Shown here one piece after another: positions 1 to 12,220 of a stretch of DNA of 64,000 nucleotides. Source of the DNA: Glaucostegus cemiculus (lineage: Eukaryota); contig CDPCPM010000010.1 in NCBI GenBank assembly GCA_976551045.1, forward strand, positions 7,068,001-7,132,000, in the 5' to 3' direction. The notes beneath the pieces are model-generated. The model worked only from the letters and a program-made list of their open reading frames with translations. It made no database searches and had not been told where the DNA came from. Within the stretch, counting starts at the first letter, position 1, and the number at the start of each line of letters is the position of its first letter. The translations under genes were made by a program, and so were the position numbers.

Positions 1-976
1 GTCACTGAATTATCCATTACCAAGTCCACTCAGACTTTAGGTTTCATTCAACAATACTCAGTCTTGCAAAAGCAGTTAATGCTTCTTTACATTTAATATT
101 TAGTTGCTTTTCCATAGGTTCAAATTAGTTTGAAGTTGGTTGTAGGCAAATTATCAAATTATAATCCAATGTGTGCCCTACTTTAAAATTCAGAACAATG
201 GCAAATCTCCATTGGTGATTATAAAAGGCAGTTATGTATTTGTTGAACCTTTGCATGGATAACAGTTCACTCAAAGTATTGCAAGCTTTATTGAAACTCA
301 TACCCATTACCATTGTGGTAATGTAAAACATTCCTTTTCATGATTACCTTCAAGTATCCTTTGTTCAGTAATCTGATTAAAATGTTAATTCTATCTTAAA
401 ACATTGAAAGAAAAACACCTGTATAGCTGCTTAAAGTAATGCAAACACACAGTTCTTATCAAATAATTTTGAATACCTGATATTAGAGGCACATTGTTTT
501 TTTAAGTCCTTGATTTCACCCTTTTAAGGTTAGACACCTACCACTGATGGAAATCCATAGCTTGAACAAAGTTCTGTCCTGCAGATCTTTTGCATGGTAA
601 GTTCCTGATAGTTGACCAATTCAGCACCTTCTACAGAAGAGCTAGGTCTTAACCCCAATTAACTCAGTCTAAAGTTCATTTGCTTAGAAATTCCAATGCA
701 TCCCAAGTCAGTGTGCCAGCAGATTCAACTATCATCTCAATTAAAACTGGGGTGGTAATGGGAATAATAGTAGGAGATAAAGAAATTACTGCTTGGAGAT
801 AAGACTGTTTAGACAGAGAAGTTCAAAAATAAGCTTTAATATGAGATTGCAGACATTTTTGCCAGAAACAGGCAAGAGCCTTCTTCAAATATAAGGTAAT
901 TGATTTAATTGCTAAAGTCATTCCTCCATCTCTTTGCCCCACTCACAGCCCCATCTTGAAGTCTCAACCCTCATTG

Positions 977-1364
977 TGTCACAATATTGATTGAAGAGCA
1001 AGCTCACAGAGAACCCAAATGCAGCACACTAGTACAAGACTGGAGTCAGGATGCTTCCACAAGACCAAACACAGGCAACACTGGAAGGAAATCTTGCCTC
1101 AGAGATCTGAGTAGTAATCCCAACACAAACTGAATCTTCAAGCAGGAATAGAGAACATAGGACTGCTCTGGAGTAGACCACTCTAAGCAGCTAGAAGCTG
1201 ACGGTTGACCAATCCTCTGGCAAGTAGTGCTAGAGAAACCCAGGTACTTATGCTAGGCCCCTGATGGGGCTCAGGTGTGTGTCATTATGCAATCAGTCCA
1301 GCATGTGCTGTACAACGAGGCATCTAAAGAACCAAATCAAGGGCCAGTACTCAGAATCATGACA
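977..1364 (-). mobile_element. Solo LTR, copy 1 (probably Ty3/Gypsy, Tf1/sushi-like)
   Basis: TGTCA...TGACA termini; perfect 5-bp TSD CATTG at 972-976 and 1365-1369; colinear with copies at 35576, 50708 and 57637. Strand assigned from a TATA-like motif in the opposite-orientation copies. Confidence 0.85.
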
Positions 1365-2771
1365 CATTGATGGAATCTTTCCCAGGATTGACTCCTTATT
1401 GAAGGCTGTGATGCACCTTTGAGCATGGAATATGCTGCTTCTTTTGTGTGTGTGTGTACACGTGCACACTTATATTATAGACTTATTGGACAACAGAGTC
1501 ATGTAATATGACTGCTTCTCAAACATTGTAGTAGGTTCACAGGTATTCAGTTGCAAGAGTCTTAAAGTTTCAACAGGTAGCAAGTAATTCCAGTAAATAA
1601 ACCCCTGCCTTTTTTTAGATATATCTATTGTGTTTCACTACACCTGAAGACATTACAAAGACCTTGGCCCCATCCTTTTGAAGATCCAGGCCCATTCTAT
1701 CCCCAGTCCTCATTGAAGACATCCCATTTCTCCACTTTCCCCTACCGCTTGGTCACCTGCTCAGAAGCCCTGATCCTGCCATCCACTCAGCAGGCCCTCT
1801 AACACCCTCTCTGACATCTTTGTTCCAGTCTAGGTCCCAGGTGCCATATGTTCTACCATAAAGAAATACAACACCCTTTAAGTCTTGGGCAGTGCGGGGG
1901 TAGCAGGGGAGATGCAAACAAGATTATTGTTGGTGCCTTGCTGCACTGCCTATCTGACACACCTGTTTGGCTAGGAATCTAGAAATTGTGAGCATGTGTC
2001 TAATCTACAGTACAAATGAACAGTATCCCTGGACCTTTTGTTTAAATATCAAACTGTGTAATCCATATTACTTCATAAATTAAAATAAACAGGAGGAGAT
2101 ATGTTGACTGTGTTTTCCATTGAAGCTCTCAATAGCCAATCATGATTTTGCTGACAACAATATTGATATTACAAGCCTTCGTTTCAGTCACATGATACCC
2201 TAGGGCCAATAGAACAAGCAGAAAACTTCCACAGTGCATGAAAAATGCATCTTACATGGAAATGAAGGTAACATCGGCAAATTAGACAACACTTCTTTTT
2301 AACACAAATTACTTACATCAAGTACTAACACTTGCCCTTCAATATTGAACGAAGCATCAATTCCCATTAATGAACAGAGGTTATCGGAAAAATATAATGG
2401 GACCCCAATATATGTGTCAAGTGAAAGGAATGTGGTTTTGAGCACACAAGATTTTTAAGCAATCATGCATCCCTCTGTCCCCAATCATACACAATGATAA
2501 GAGGTTGTGTAAAGAGTTAAAATATTAGTACTTTGTTACTCAGCTTGCCTTTGTTGTACAGATTTATGCCCCACCTCATTCAGATGCACACTTTATTTTA
2601 ACCCATGGTGTGCCTATCATAGTAATAAGATTTATGAAATGAAAGATATGTCACTTATTAGTGCGATTCACCCACAGTTAGCAGGGCTTTGTCTTTTTCT
2701 AAAGAAAATGTTTAGAAAAGCTTAAGGTATCACCCAGGAGAATGAGATCCTTAAGGTATTGCAAATCTATT

Positions 2772-3044
2772 TGTCATGATTCTGAGCACTGGCCCTTGAT
2801 TTGGTTCCTTGGATGCCTCGTTGTACAGCACATGGATTCCATGCTGGACTGATTGCACAATGACACACACCTGAGCCCCATCAGGGGCCTAGTATAAGTA
2901 CCTGGGTTTCTGTAGCACTAGTTGCCAGAGGATTAGTTAACCTCTGGCTCCTAGTTGCTTAGAGTGGTCTACTCCAGAGCTGTCCTGTGTTCTCTACTCC
3001 TGCTTGAAGATTCAGGTTGTGTTGGGATTACTACTCTGATCTCT
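2772..3044 (+). mobile_element. 3'-truncated LTR, copy 2 of the same family
   Basis: Starts TGTCATGATTCTGAG and matches the reverse complement of copy 1 up to ...GATCTCT at 3044, followed by filler DNA. Confidence 0.85.
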
Positions 3045-4195
3045 CCTAAACCTCAGATAACCTCCTAAAGAGTTTAGGAACATTTGGTATAGCTTTATTG
3101 ACAACAGATATTAAGTTAAGCTTAAAGACCTACCAAGAAAATTATGGAAATAAGAGGACCAAAAAAAAATTATGATGTACTCTTATTGTTCCTCTAGATG
3201 AATTGGAATTAAAAGCATTGTAAATGGTGTATAAAGATCATAAAACACTTAAAAGACTGAAAGCTTTTTCTTCATGTCTCCTTAGACAATGACACTCTGT
3301 GGAACCAAAACTCTATGGCACTGAATTTCATGGTCTTTTAATATGGAACCTATTCCAGAACAACTAGGGATGAGAAATAATTGGCAGCTTTGGCACATAT
3401 TCTAAAGAATGATGACAAAAAATAGGTATCATTGATAATTGGATAGCTTAGATTTTTGTTAATTGGTCAATAATGTATTATACTTTTGATTAATTCAATC
3501 ATAAGATGCAAATTTGTAGCAGTTTCATTAAGGTAATTAAGTTTATACCAAAATAATCTTGTACTAAATGGGCACTAATATTCCTGCTGACAGCTGGGTT
3601 CTTTGGTAAATGGGCAATCTGAAATATACTCATGGTTATTTTAAAATTATGTTAATGTAAAATCTATCCTTAATGTGAGACACATTAAAATGCAAAGAAA
3701 CAGATGTTAGCTCTGTGACTAACACATTACATGACATCTCGTAAAGTGTAATAGTGAGATCAAGCACTGTTAATTCAAGGTTTTGATGGTGGAACATGCA
3801 GGAAATTCCTGCATTATCAGTAAGCTCACACAGTAAAATATCTATGGGATGGCTACTTGCGATTCTAGTTTGGACACTTAAGTTTCTACTGACGTGTGTT
3901 CAAATGCACAATTGTATCATTCAGTGGTAGAGAAATTAAATCTTTTTACAACTATCACACTGAGTATTTTAATGAAATGTATTGCAATACATAGGATATA
4001 TAGTCACTTTTAAAGACATTATAGGGGTTAAAATTGAAGTAAATTAGAGAAAAGTCAAATGGCTTTGATAAATTGAAGACATTTCAAAAAGTCAAAGCAT
4101 GGTTAAATCCTAAACTTTGGTCACGGATAAAGCATTTGGGAAGCCTTAATGCTGAGCAGGTTATATGATTTCTACCTTATAGGCTTATCCAGTTT

Positions 4196-4362
4196 ATAGA
4201 ACATAGAACATTACAGCACAGTACAGGTCCTTCAGCCCACAATGTTGTGCCGACATTTTATCCTGCTCTAGGATCTATCTAACCCTTCCCTCCCACACAG
4301 CCCCCTATTTTTCTATCATTCATGTGTCTATCTGAGTCTCTTAAATGTCCCTGGTGTACCTG
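4196..4362 (-). mobile_element. CR1/HER1-like LINE 3' end (subfamily C)
   Basis: (ATAGAAC)n tail and GG.CCTTCAGCCCAC motif; closely matches 31325-31450 and the reverse complement of 45860-46018. Confidence 0.8.
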
Positions 4363-4699
4363 CTTGTTTGTGAACATTGAGCTAGAGGTCGCAAATGTGA
4401 ATTAAAGATTTTTTGTGATTGAAGTATTTCCTCTTTTCCTGAAGGGGAAGAATTTATTTCCAGGCATAATATTCAGTGCCATTAAAAATTGGCCAGCAAT
4501 TCCTTTGGGATAACTTGAACATTGATGACTTAGACATGTGTGTGCAGGATAAAACTTCCAAATATGCAGATATCATGCGGACTGAGATTGTGGTAAATAG
4601 CAAGGAGGATAGTAATACATTCTGTGAAGATGATACAGTCTGGTGTGTATGATGTGTGAAGTAATATACTTTGGCAGAACGAATAAGGAAAAACAAAAT

Positions 4700-5370
4700 A
4701 GGACAAATGGCTTAGGTTTTAAGAGTAGGAAAAATTATAGGCTCAGGAATAGAGAAACTAGTGTTTACATTTGGAGAAATCCTTAAGTGGCACAGAAATT
4801 GAGCAAAACTTCTGCGAAGCATATGGCATTCATAGGTAAAAGCGCAAATTACAAAAGCTGGGAAATTATGTTGAAATTGTACAAAAAGTGGTGAGGTCAC
4901 AACTGGAGTCCTGCATTCAGTTCTGGTCTTTGCACCTTGAGGTGGATGCGAGAATGCTAAACAATAGATTGAGAGGTTGGCTTTGTTCCCCTTCAAGAAA
5001 ATAACCTTATGAGAGATTTGATAGAGGTGGACAAAACCATGACTGATTTAGACAAGGTAAATAGATGGATGCTGTTTCCATTTGTTGATGTTCAAGGACC
5101 AGAATGTTTTGGTTAAAAAAAATGCAAGGGAGATATGAAGATTTAACTTTTAATACACACAGAGTAGCAATGATTTGGAATTCATAGCTTGTGAGGGTAG
5201 TGGAAACAGAATAAATCGGTGTCTTCAAAAGGAACTTGGATAGACCCGAGAGAGAATAGTTTGCAGACTCTAGAGACAGACTGAGAGAATGGTACTTATG
5301 GAATCATCTTACCTGGAGCTGGCATGGAGTCGATGGACTAAACAGCCTCTTTCTGCATGGTTTATTATTC
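4700..5370 (+). mobile_element. Decayed CR1 ORF2 C-terminus and 3' UTR
   Basis: Degenerate CR1 blocks (CTGGAGTCCTGCATTCAGTTCTGGTC; GGAGATTTGATAGAGGTG; ACACAGAGTAGC...TGGAA). Confidence 0.65.
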
Positions 5371-5559
5371 CATGTAATGGGGTGGGTATTGCTTATGGCT
5401 TTTAGCACATCATAAAGGACTTCAGTGAAGTTAAGGCAAAGGTGACTGAATTAAGTACATTGACTAAATCAAATAATCTTTTAAAGAAAAGCACGGCAGA
5501 GCAGCTGATATGTTGCCGTGGAAAGTAATGGAACCATTGGGCTATATGGCAACAATATC

Positions 5560-5850
5560 CATGTAAGGAACCAACAGTTCAAGGAATTTTGGCTGTTGGT
5601 CTTGGTCTGAGATTCACTTGGTGCAATGGATGAAGGAGGGGGTAGGTTGCCTGGATATTTTATTCCAGAAAGCAGTCATACCCCTTAAATGGTCAGTTAA
5701 GAGGGATTGGAGGATACAGCTATGAATGACACAGATACAGGGATATAGATGGTAGTGCAGCAGGAGCCTTGGTCCTTGCACTTATTCAGCAGGTGCAAGA
5801 TTCTTGTAACCCATATGATGGAACAGCAAACTGACAACACCATTATGGTC
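5560..5850 (+). mobile_element. Decayed CR1 ORF1-region relic
   Basis: Resembles the elasmobranch CR1 ORF1 segment (LDILFQKAVIP; EPW-L-L-SR-like block); recognised by eye only. Confidence 0.4.
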
Positions 5851-7693
5851 ATTCATGTGACTATGTGACCTGCTCCTACTGTTTATTGTACTCTAGTGAT
5901 TACAAGGGATTTACAGCCGCCTTGTTGATTAGTTGTGTTGGTATCAACTGCTGACTGCTGCCTTTCTTTGAGGATTTCCTGGAATCACTTCTTTACTCTC
6001 AGCTATTATTCTCCCAGTAACAGTCATCTAAAGAGAATTCCTATTTGCAAACCCAGTGTCTCAGTACCATATTCAAAGCAGTTGGTATAAACCCATCTTT
6101 TCAGTAAAGTGGAAAATGGAAAGAAAACGACAAGAACAAACATTTTAGAAGTTGCACTCAGTGCTGATACAACTATATAAAATGTATATCAGTTAAACAG
6201 TGTCACTCAATAACCATTTCAATCTGGAGGACTTGGAATGCCTAGACTTGGAAGATTTTGGGAAATTGCAAATGTCTATTTTACATTGTTGGGACCTTAA
6301 CTGCTTTTTACCTCTAGTTTTTAGTTTGCACGTCTTTAACTTTTCTCATAAGTAAGCCCCTGCATGCTTTGCTGCTCTGTGTCAAGTTTGCAGTAAGCTA
6401 TTACAAGGATGTACCGTTTTAGTGATACGCACATTTCTTCAGTTTTCTTGAGCCATTTCTGGGACCAGCAATACCTGTCCTGTTACAATTGTAGCCAGCT
6501 CACTTTATTGTTATATTTAGACTTTGGGAATGCAAGATTGCAGAATTGCCCTACGGAAAGTTTAACTGGTAGACATTGGGAATGAGGATTTACCTCATGG
6601 TGACTTTTTAAATCATATGTTCTAAAGTCTGCTGTCTGTACTAAATATTGTTGTTTTTCTTCATGTATATATTTTTAAATGACTCTCACTATATCCTACA
6701 AGATGCATCGATATGATGCAAGATAAAATCTTGTTTTGAAATAGTTTTACATTCGAATCCATTGAGACACTCTATTCAATTACTAGAAAAGCCATGTTAT
6801 AAAAGTTATAAACAACATGTAGTGGTAAATAAATATCAGTAGATTGAAATGTAGCAGATGTTCCATTGAGTTAAGAAAAACAAGATGAGTTATTGTCCAC
6901 TAAAACAAGGTCAATGAACTAAATTAATTTTGGTTATTGACTGCTATTGGTTTGGACCATCTGGGACAGTATGCCATTAATAAAATGTTGCCTAATAAGG
7001 AGTGAATGCATTCACAATGAGCATGTACAAATAAAACTATAATTGTCCAAAAATGACTCTCTTAGGTCTGCCCACACAACATTTAAAAAGTGTTTAAATC
7101 TTTAAATCAAGTCAAAATCTTTGAATTAATAACAAAATTTTAAGAAGCAACTCATAAGTAATTAATCCAGTTTGGATCTTACTAGTATTTAGCTGTAATG
7201 ATATACTACAATAAGTCTGATTTATACACATCACTTTAAAGCAGACAGATTGATGGTTGAAACTGTTTATAACCATTATTTGTTTGGTATTTGACGGCGC
7301 TTTCTAACCAAGAGGTTTTATACAAACTTTATTTTAAAAGTTCATTTTTACTTTTTTCCTGTTTTTTTGCAATCTGAACTACAATGTCATAATTTTTTTT
7401 ATTGCTGACAAGAAGTTTGCAGCAGAAAATAGGGATCATCTTATCCATTGTTTTTTACCTATTAATTTTAATAGAAAGAAAGACAAGTAAATTGTGCCAA
7501 TGATTCACAATTGAGGTTCAATTCAGTGCTGGCATTTGGAAAACTGATGATTTGCTATCATCAGCATTGGGCAGTTAGATGAAGAACAAAGTACATTCTA
7601 CTCTGCAACAATCTCAATTTCAGCAAAAAGAACCTCTCACTGTATCAATGAGCTGTGGTGGGTGCAATGGGGGAGGGTCTGGTAGTCTGCATT

Positions 7694-7750
7694 AGAACAT
7701 AGATACCTACAGCACAATTCAGGCCCTCCGGCCCACAAAGCTGTGCCAAG
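7694..7750 (-). mobile_element. Very short CR1 3' tail (subfamily A)
   Basis: Near identical to 9900-9957 and 54018-54073. Confidence 0.8.
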
Positions 7751-9477
7751 GTTATTACATTGTGTTGTCAATGACTAAAAAAAACTATACATTAGCATTT
7801 TACTTTCAGATTCCTGTCCCGTTGTATTGAGGAGGCATCATGATGATAAATTGAGTCTATTTCAACTCTGCTACCTTAAAGGCGTTGGAAGCATGACACT
7901 TAATAGATTCTGGTGTTAGGGACACACCTCATGGAAATGACAATATAGAGTGCAGATGAACACTATAGAGTGCAGATGCCTCTTGTAAAGAGAGGTAAAG
8001 GGAGGGAGAGGGAAAATTGGGACTTTCCATTTTGTGGAAATGACCAGACAAGAGATATCAAGAGGTAGGGCCTGTGCAAAGTCTGCACTGCTGTTTAGGG
8101 TTTGGGCATTGTTGGAGAAGCAGGTTTGGTACCTAAATGTTGGACGTGCAAAATGAAAGAGATCGAACAACAATGACACATTCTTTGGATGCAATATGGC
8201 TGTTCCTTCACCCTTTAAAGGCTCTGTGCTGGAATACTTAGTGTATCTGCAGGCTCAATCCTTTTTGTGGATAAGTTACAGAAGAAAATGCAAAGAACCT
8301 ATCTGGATCAAGAGTTATCAAGGCACCTGGTATGCATGTTAATGACTTGATCAAAGGCACATCTGTTTGTTTTATGACTTTGATTGAACTGTTTTTGGGC
8401 TTCATTACCAGCCTTGTGAATGTATAGGCTATGCTTTAAGGGAGAACATGTTTTTTTTTAAATCTGAGCAGTCAGTTTCAAGGTTACTTTGACATACAAA
8501 GAGATTGAGGAGTTGGTGCTGCCTCAGGACATCATGGGGTGCCCAGGTATCTGGTTCACACCTGCATAAAACTTTTGTAGTTAAATGCCTGCTACATGCA
8601 AATGGGTTGGATGCCTTCAAGCTAATGAAGTGAGGTCTTCATCGCCAGATACATTGAGTCAAAGGCAGCCAACACCTTTGAGAAGGTAGCCAGCACTGCA
8701 AGATTCAGCATTGATTCATCCTGACAGGAATTTTCATGATCAGAGTGAATATAATTGCCAACTCTGGAAAGCAAGCCATCAGGTACCTGCCTGCCATTTC
8801 TGTGCCACAGGCAGCAAAACCCTTTGTCTCCTTGTTGGCCACTAGACCTGTAATGTTTTAATCCTAGTTTGATGTCACATAGCTTCATTTCTCAATTAGT
8901 AGCCATCTCCTTTTTAAACACAGTTAAAAATTTGAGTGCCTAGGGAAATTTTTTTGTGTGACATCCAATGGAATTTGAGCAAAAAGAAAATTACATTTAC
9001 CTTTGTAAATGGGTTTAGTAGGGTATTATACTGCTTCTGAGCTCTCCATGTGCATAATGTGCACATGTATGGACGCTATCAGATATATGCAATGTTGTCA
9101 GCCAGTGTGCAGTGCATATATTGATACCACATACATCAGAGTCAATTGCAGTGAATGGTCCATCAATGGTGTGGGCCCCTTGTGAAGAAGAACCTTCCAC
9201 TCCTGTTAAGAGTGGAAGCTGTGAGTCTGGTGCATAAATACTCCTTTAAACTTTCCACAACTCCCCTGCCCCTCATCACTATACCTTCCCCTTTACTGTG
9301 GCTCTTTTTTAGGACCCCCACCAGGCAGCAGCTTGCTTTTCGACAGCAATTTCTGCTAAAGGTCGTCCTCCACCAATTTTCCAGGAATCAATGATTTTCC
9401 CCTCAATCATTTTCTGAAGTTTTGATCCTCAGCAATGGCAGAACTAATGGAGGCAAAGATGAAAAACACGATGATAA

Positions 9478-9552
9478 CTGGAGGAACTCAGCAGGCCAGG
9501 CAGCATCCATGGAGAAAAGCAGGCGGTCAACGTTTCGGGTCAGGACCCTTCC
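9478..9552 (-). mobile_element. Penelope-like pseudo-LTR fragment with a half hammerhead motif
   Basis: Minus strand reads GAAGGGTCCTGACCCGAAACGTTGACC...GATGCTGCCTGGCCTGCTGAGTTCCTCCAG (helix II GGGTC/GACCC plus GAAAC); the CUGAnGA half is missing. Homologous to 50298-50416. Confidence 0.65.
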
Positions 9553-9899
9553 TAAGGAAAAGCTTTTGTTATTTTTAATGTTCAAAGGCTTGATCTTTTG
9601 AGCTTGTTGGTCTGAGGAGGAGCTGAGGCTGGATTTAATAGTTTACTATAGGTCAAGGATATTGGTGGCAAGGACAGAGCCCCCCTGAGGAGTTCTTTGA
9701 AATACTCGTGTCAGCTGCTACAAGCTTGCTTGATAAGCTCTTCTCCATCTTTATCCATCAGTAGGATGTTTCCTCATGTGAAACAAACAACAAAAAAACC
9801 TGGAAATTTGGCATCAATGGAGGCAAAAGGTGTACGTTGACATCTCAACCCAAAGTGCCACGATACACCTTTGCCTTCACGGATCCTGCTCGATCTATA

Positions 9900-10360
9900 T
9901 AGAACATATAGATACCTACAGCACAACTCAGGCCCTTCGGCCCACAAAGCTGTGCTGAACATGTCCCCACACTATTAGGCTTACCCATAGCCTTCTACCT
10001 TAATTACCTCCATGTACCTATCCAACAGTCTCTTGAAAGACCCTAACGTATCCGCCTCCACCACCATTTTCGGCAGCCCATTCCATGCACTCACCACTCT
10101 GAGTAAAAAAAAACTTACCCCTGACATCTCCCCTATATCTTCCCCCCAGCACCTTAAACCTATGTCCTCTTGTGGCCACCATTTCAGCCCTGGGGAAAAG
10201 CCTCCGACTAGTTACCCTATCCATACCTCTCATCATCTTATACACCTCAATCAGGTCCCCCCTCATCCTCCTCTCCAAGGAGAAAAGGCCGAGTTCCCGC
10301 AACCTGCTCTCATAAGGCATGCTCCTCATTCCAGGCAGCATCCTCGTAAACCACCTCTGC
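9900..10360 (-). mobile_element. 5'-truncated CR1/HER1-like LINE (subfamily A)
   Basis: ORF 10018-10341 gives the CR1 ORF2 C-terminus (YESRLRELGLFSLERRMRGDLIEVYK...TRGHRFKV...FFTQ). Confidence 0.9.
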
Positions 10361-10439
10361 TGAGTCCTTCCAGGGTTCTGCCTTTTGTTCTAGATTCCAG
10401 CATCTCCAGTTTCTTTTGTCGTGGTGTTCTTGGGTGCTT

Positions 10440-10880
10440 AAGCTGGAAGAGGACAGCAAAAGCATCAGCCCATGTCATGGTTATCAGTGGATTGTTGTAC
10501 CACATGTGCTCTTTTTACCCACTTTTTTTTTCCTTTGGCTTACAAGTTCCTTGTGTGATTTCAGCCTTCAGGTGCCTCCAGCACTTGTGGTGTGGTAGAG
10601 TTCATGTTTGTGCTTAATTAGCTCATGGATCTCCTGCCTCTCATTTGCAAGAAAGCAGTTCTGGTGTTTTATGATAGAGAAGCCACAAATCTCTTCACAG
10701 GTGCTAATTATGGCAGACTTCAGGGTAATCCAGATGTTGTAGGCACTCTGTAGCTCTGAGTGGTAGGAGGTTTTCTGAGTTTTTTTCTGTGAGGCACTGA
10801 GAAACTTACTTTGCACAATCTCCAGGTGTTCATTACTCATTTTCTTGCAGCAGTGCTTTTGCTGTTGTCTTTGTTCTGGA
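10440..10880 (-). mobile_element. Decayed RTE-clade LINE fragment (EN-RT linker)
   Basis: ORF 10568-10840 WITLKSAI...CGFSIIKHQNCFLANERQEIHELI resembles the RTE motif W..LK..I...LG...RKHQDWFDEND.EI..L. Confidence 0.55.
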
Positions 10881-10896
10881 GTTAGGTGGAGATAAT

Positions 10897-11155
10897 GGGC
10901 GGCACAATAGTGTAGCAGTTAGTGCGACGCTGTAACAGCGCCAGCGATCAGGGTTCGATTCCTGTCGCTGACTGTAAGGGATTTGTATATTCTCCCGTGT
11001 CTGTGTGGGTTTCCTCCGGGTGATCCGGTTTCCTCCCACATTCTAAAAGGTGTACAGGTAGGTTAATTTGGGGGTTTGAAATGGCCAGTGTGGGCTCGTT
11101 GGGCTGAAAGGGCCTGTTACCTAATTGTAAATAAATTTAAAAAAAATTTAAATAA
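10897..11155 (+). mobile_element. tRNA-derived V-domain SINE (HE1-like)
   Basis: A box TAGTGTAGCAG, B box GGTTCGATTCC, V-domain core (GTGGGTTTCCTCCGGGTG..CCGGTTTCCTCCCACA), CR1-like tail GGGC.GAAAGGGCCTGTT and AT-rich end. Confidence 0.9.
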
Positions 11156-12123
11156 TAAGGTGGATTGGGCAGTAATCAGTCTAGTAATCATAAATGTTGT
11201 CAGATCTGGTTATTTTCAAATCCACAGGTTCTTTCAGGAGTCCAGGAATGAGTTGAAAATGATTTGGTGCTTCACAAAGTTTTACTGGAGAAGTTTAAAA
11301 CAAAAACGGTCACAGAGCACACGGCACTAGCTTTGAGCTGAGACAAAGGGAACTAAAGATGAGCTTGGGCTGGGGGGAGGAGAGCAAGAGAGATTAACAA
11401 AAAGTGACACCTTTTATACCTGAGATAAGAGCTACTCATTAGCTAACAATAGTCCAATGAGGAAACCTGTTAGATACTTGTGGCCAAACCAACCAATGAA
11501 AAAAGCACATTCAACTGATGGATGAACCAATAAGCTAGTAAACAGCCATTCATTGTGCAGCCACTTGAGGTGTATTAAACACTATACATGGTTAAAAAAA
11601 AGCTAATTAAAATAGTCAAAGCCAACACTGTCATAGCATGGGTAATGTGCCAATTCTTGAGGAATTTTATTTGGATATTGACAGAAACAAACTGCTGACA
11701 ATGCCTTGATCGGGCATGAGATCATGTGTCTGATTCTCTGACAAAACTAGGTGTTTGTACTGACAAGACTGTTGTAATCATCTTTTCCAGGAGGAAAAGA
11801 TAGCTGGAGTAAGCTTTCCTTATATCCCCCTTGTCTGTCACACTTTGCCAAGCGACGCCATCCTTCCTGGAGCTGGTACAATTAGATCAGTTTGCCTCTG
11901 TCTGGGACATGGTGCAGGATATACTTTCAAGATCAAAGCAGAAACTTTGAAGCAGAAGCTAGGCACCTGGAAGCTTTGAGCTGTAAAAGCAAAGCACAGC
12001 ACCTTAACTAAACAAGCTGAGGAATGACGAAACAGGCAGTGTCAGCAACGTGAAGGAAGTGTAAATTATCGTGGATGAACCTAATGTCAAATGAGGTGCT
12101 GAACAGAAGGTAAAATAACATTG

Positions 12124-12220
12124 GGGGGGTGGTGAGAGAGAGGTATGGAGGGAGGGAGATGGAGACGGGAGGGAGGATGATAGAGAAAGATAATTAGAGA
12201 GGGAGTGTAAAAGGGATAGC
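12124..12220. repeat. GA-rich low-complexity purine tract
   Basis: GGGA/GAGA runs visible directly. Confidence 0.7.

Noticed and set aside
7835-7915. Possible C/D snoRNA: ATGATGA box plus GCTACCTTAA, complementary to a conserved 28S rRNA segment
   Set aside because: The terminal box is CTGG rather than CTGA and no D' box follows the 10-nt match; compatible with chance.
7941-7978. 20-bp tandem duplication (CA.TATAGAGTGCAGATG x2)
   Set aside because: Two adjacent copies with no spacer; ordinary slippage, not an array.
10012-10617. 201-aa plus-strand ORF
   Set aside because: Antisense frame of a CR1 fragment running into other repeats; same for 14110, 48268, 54547, 58775 and 62046.
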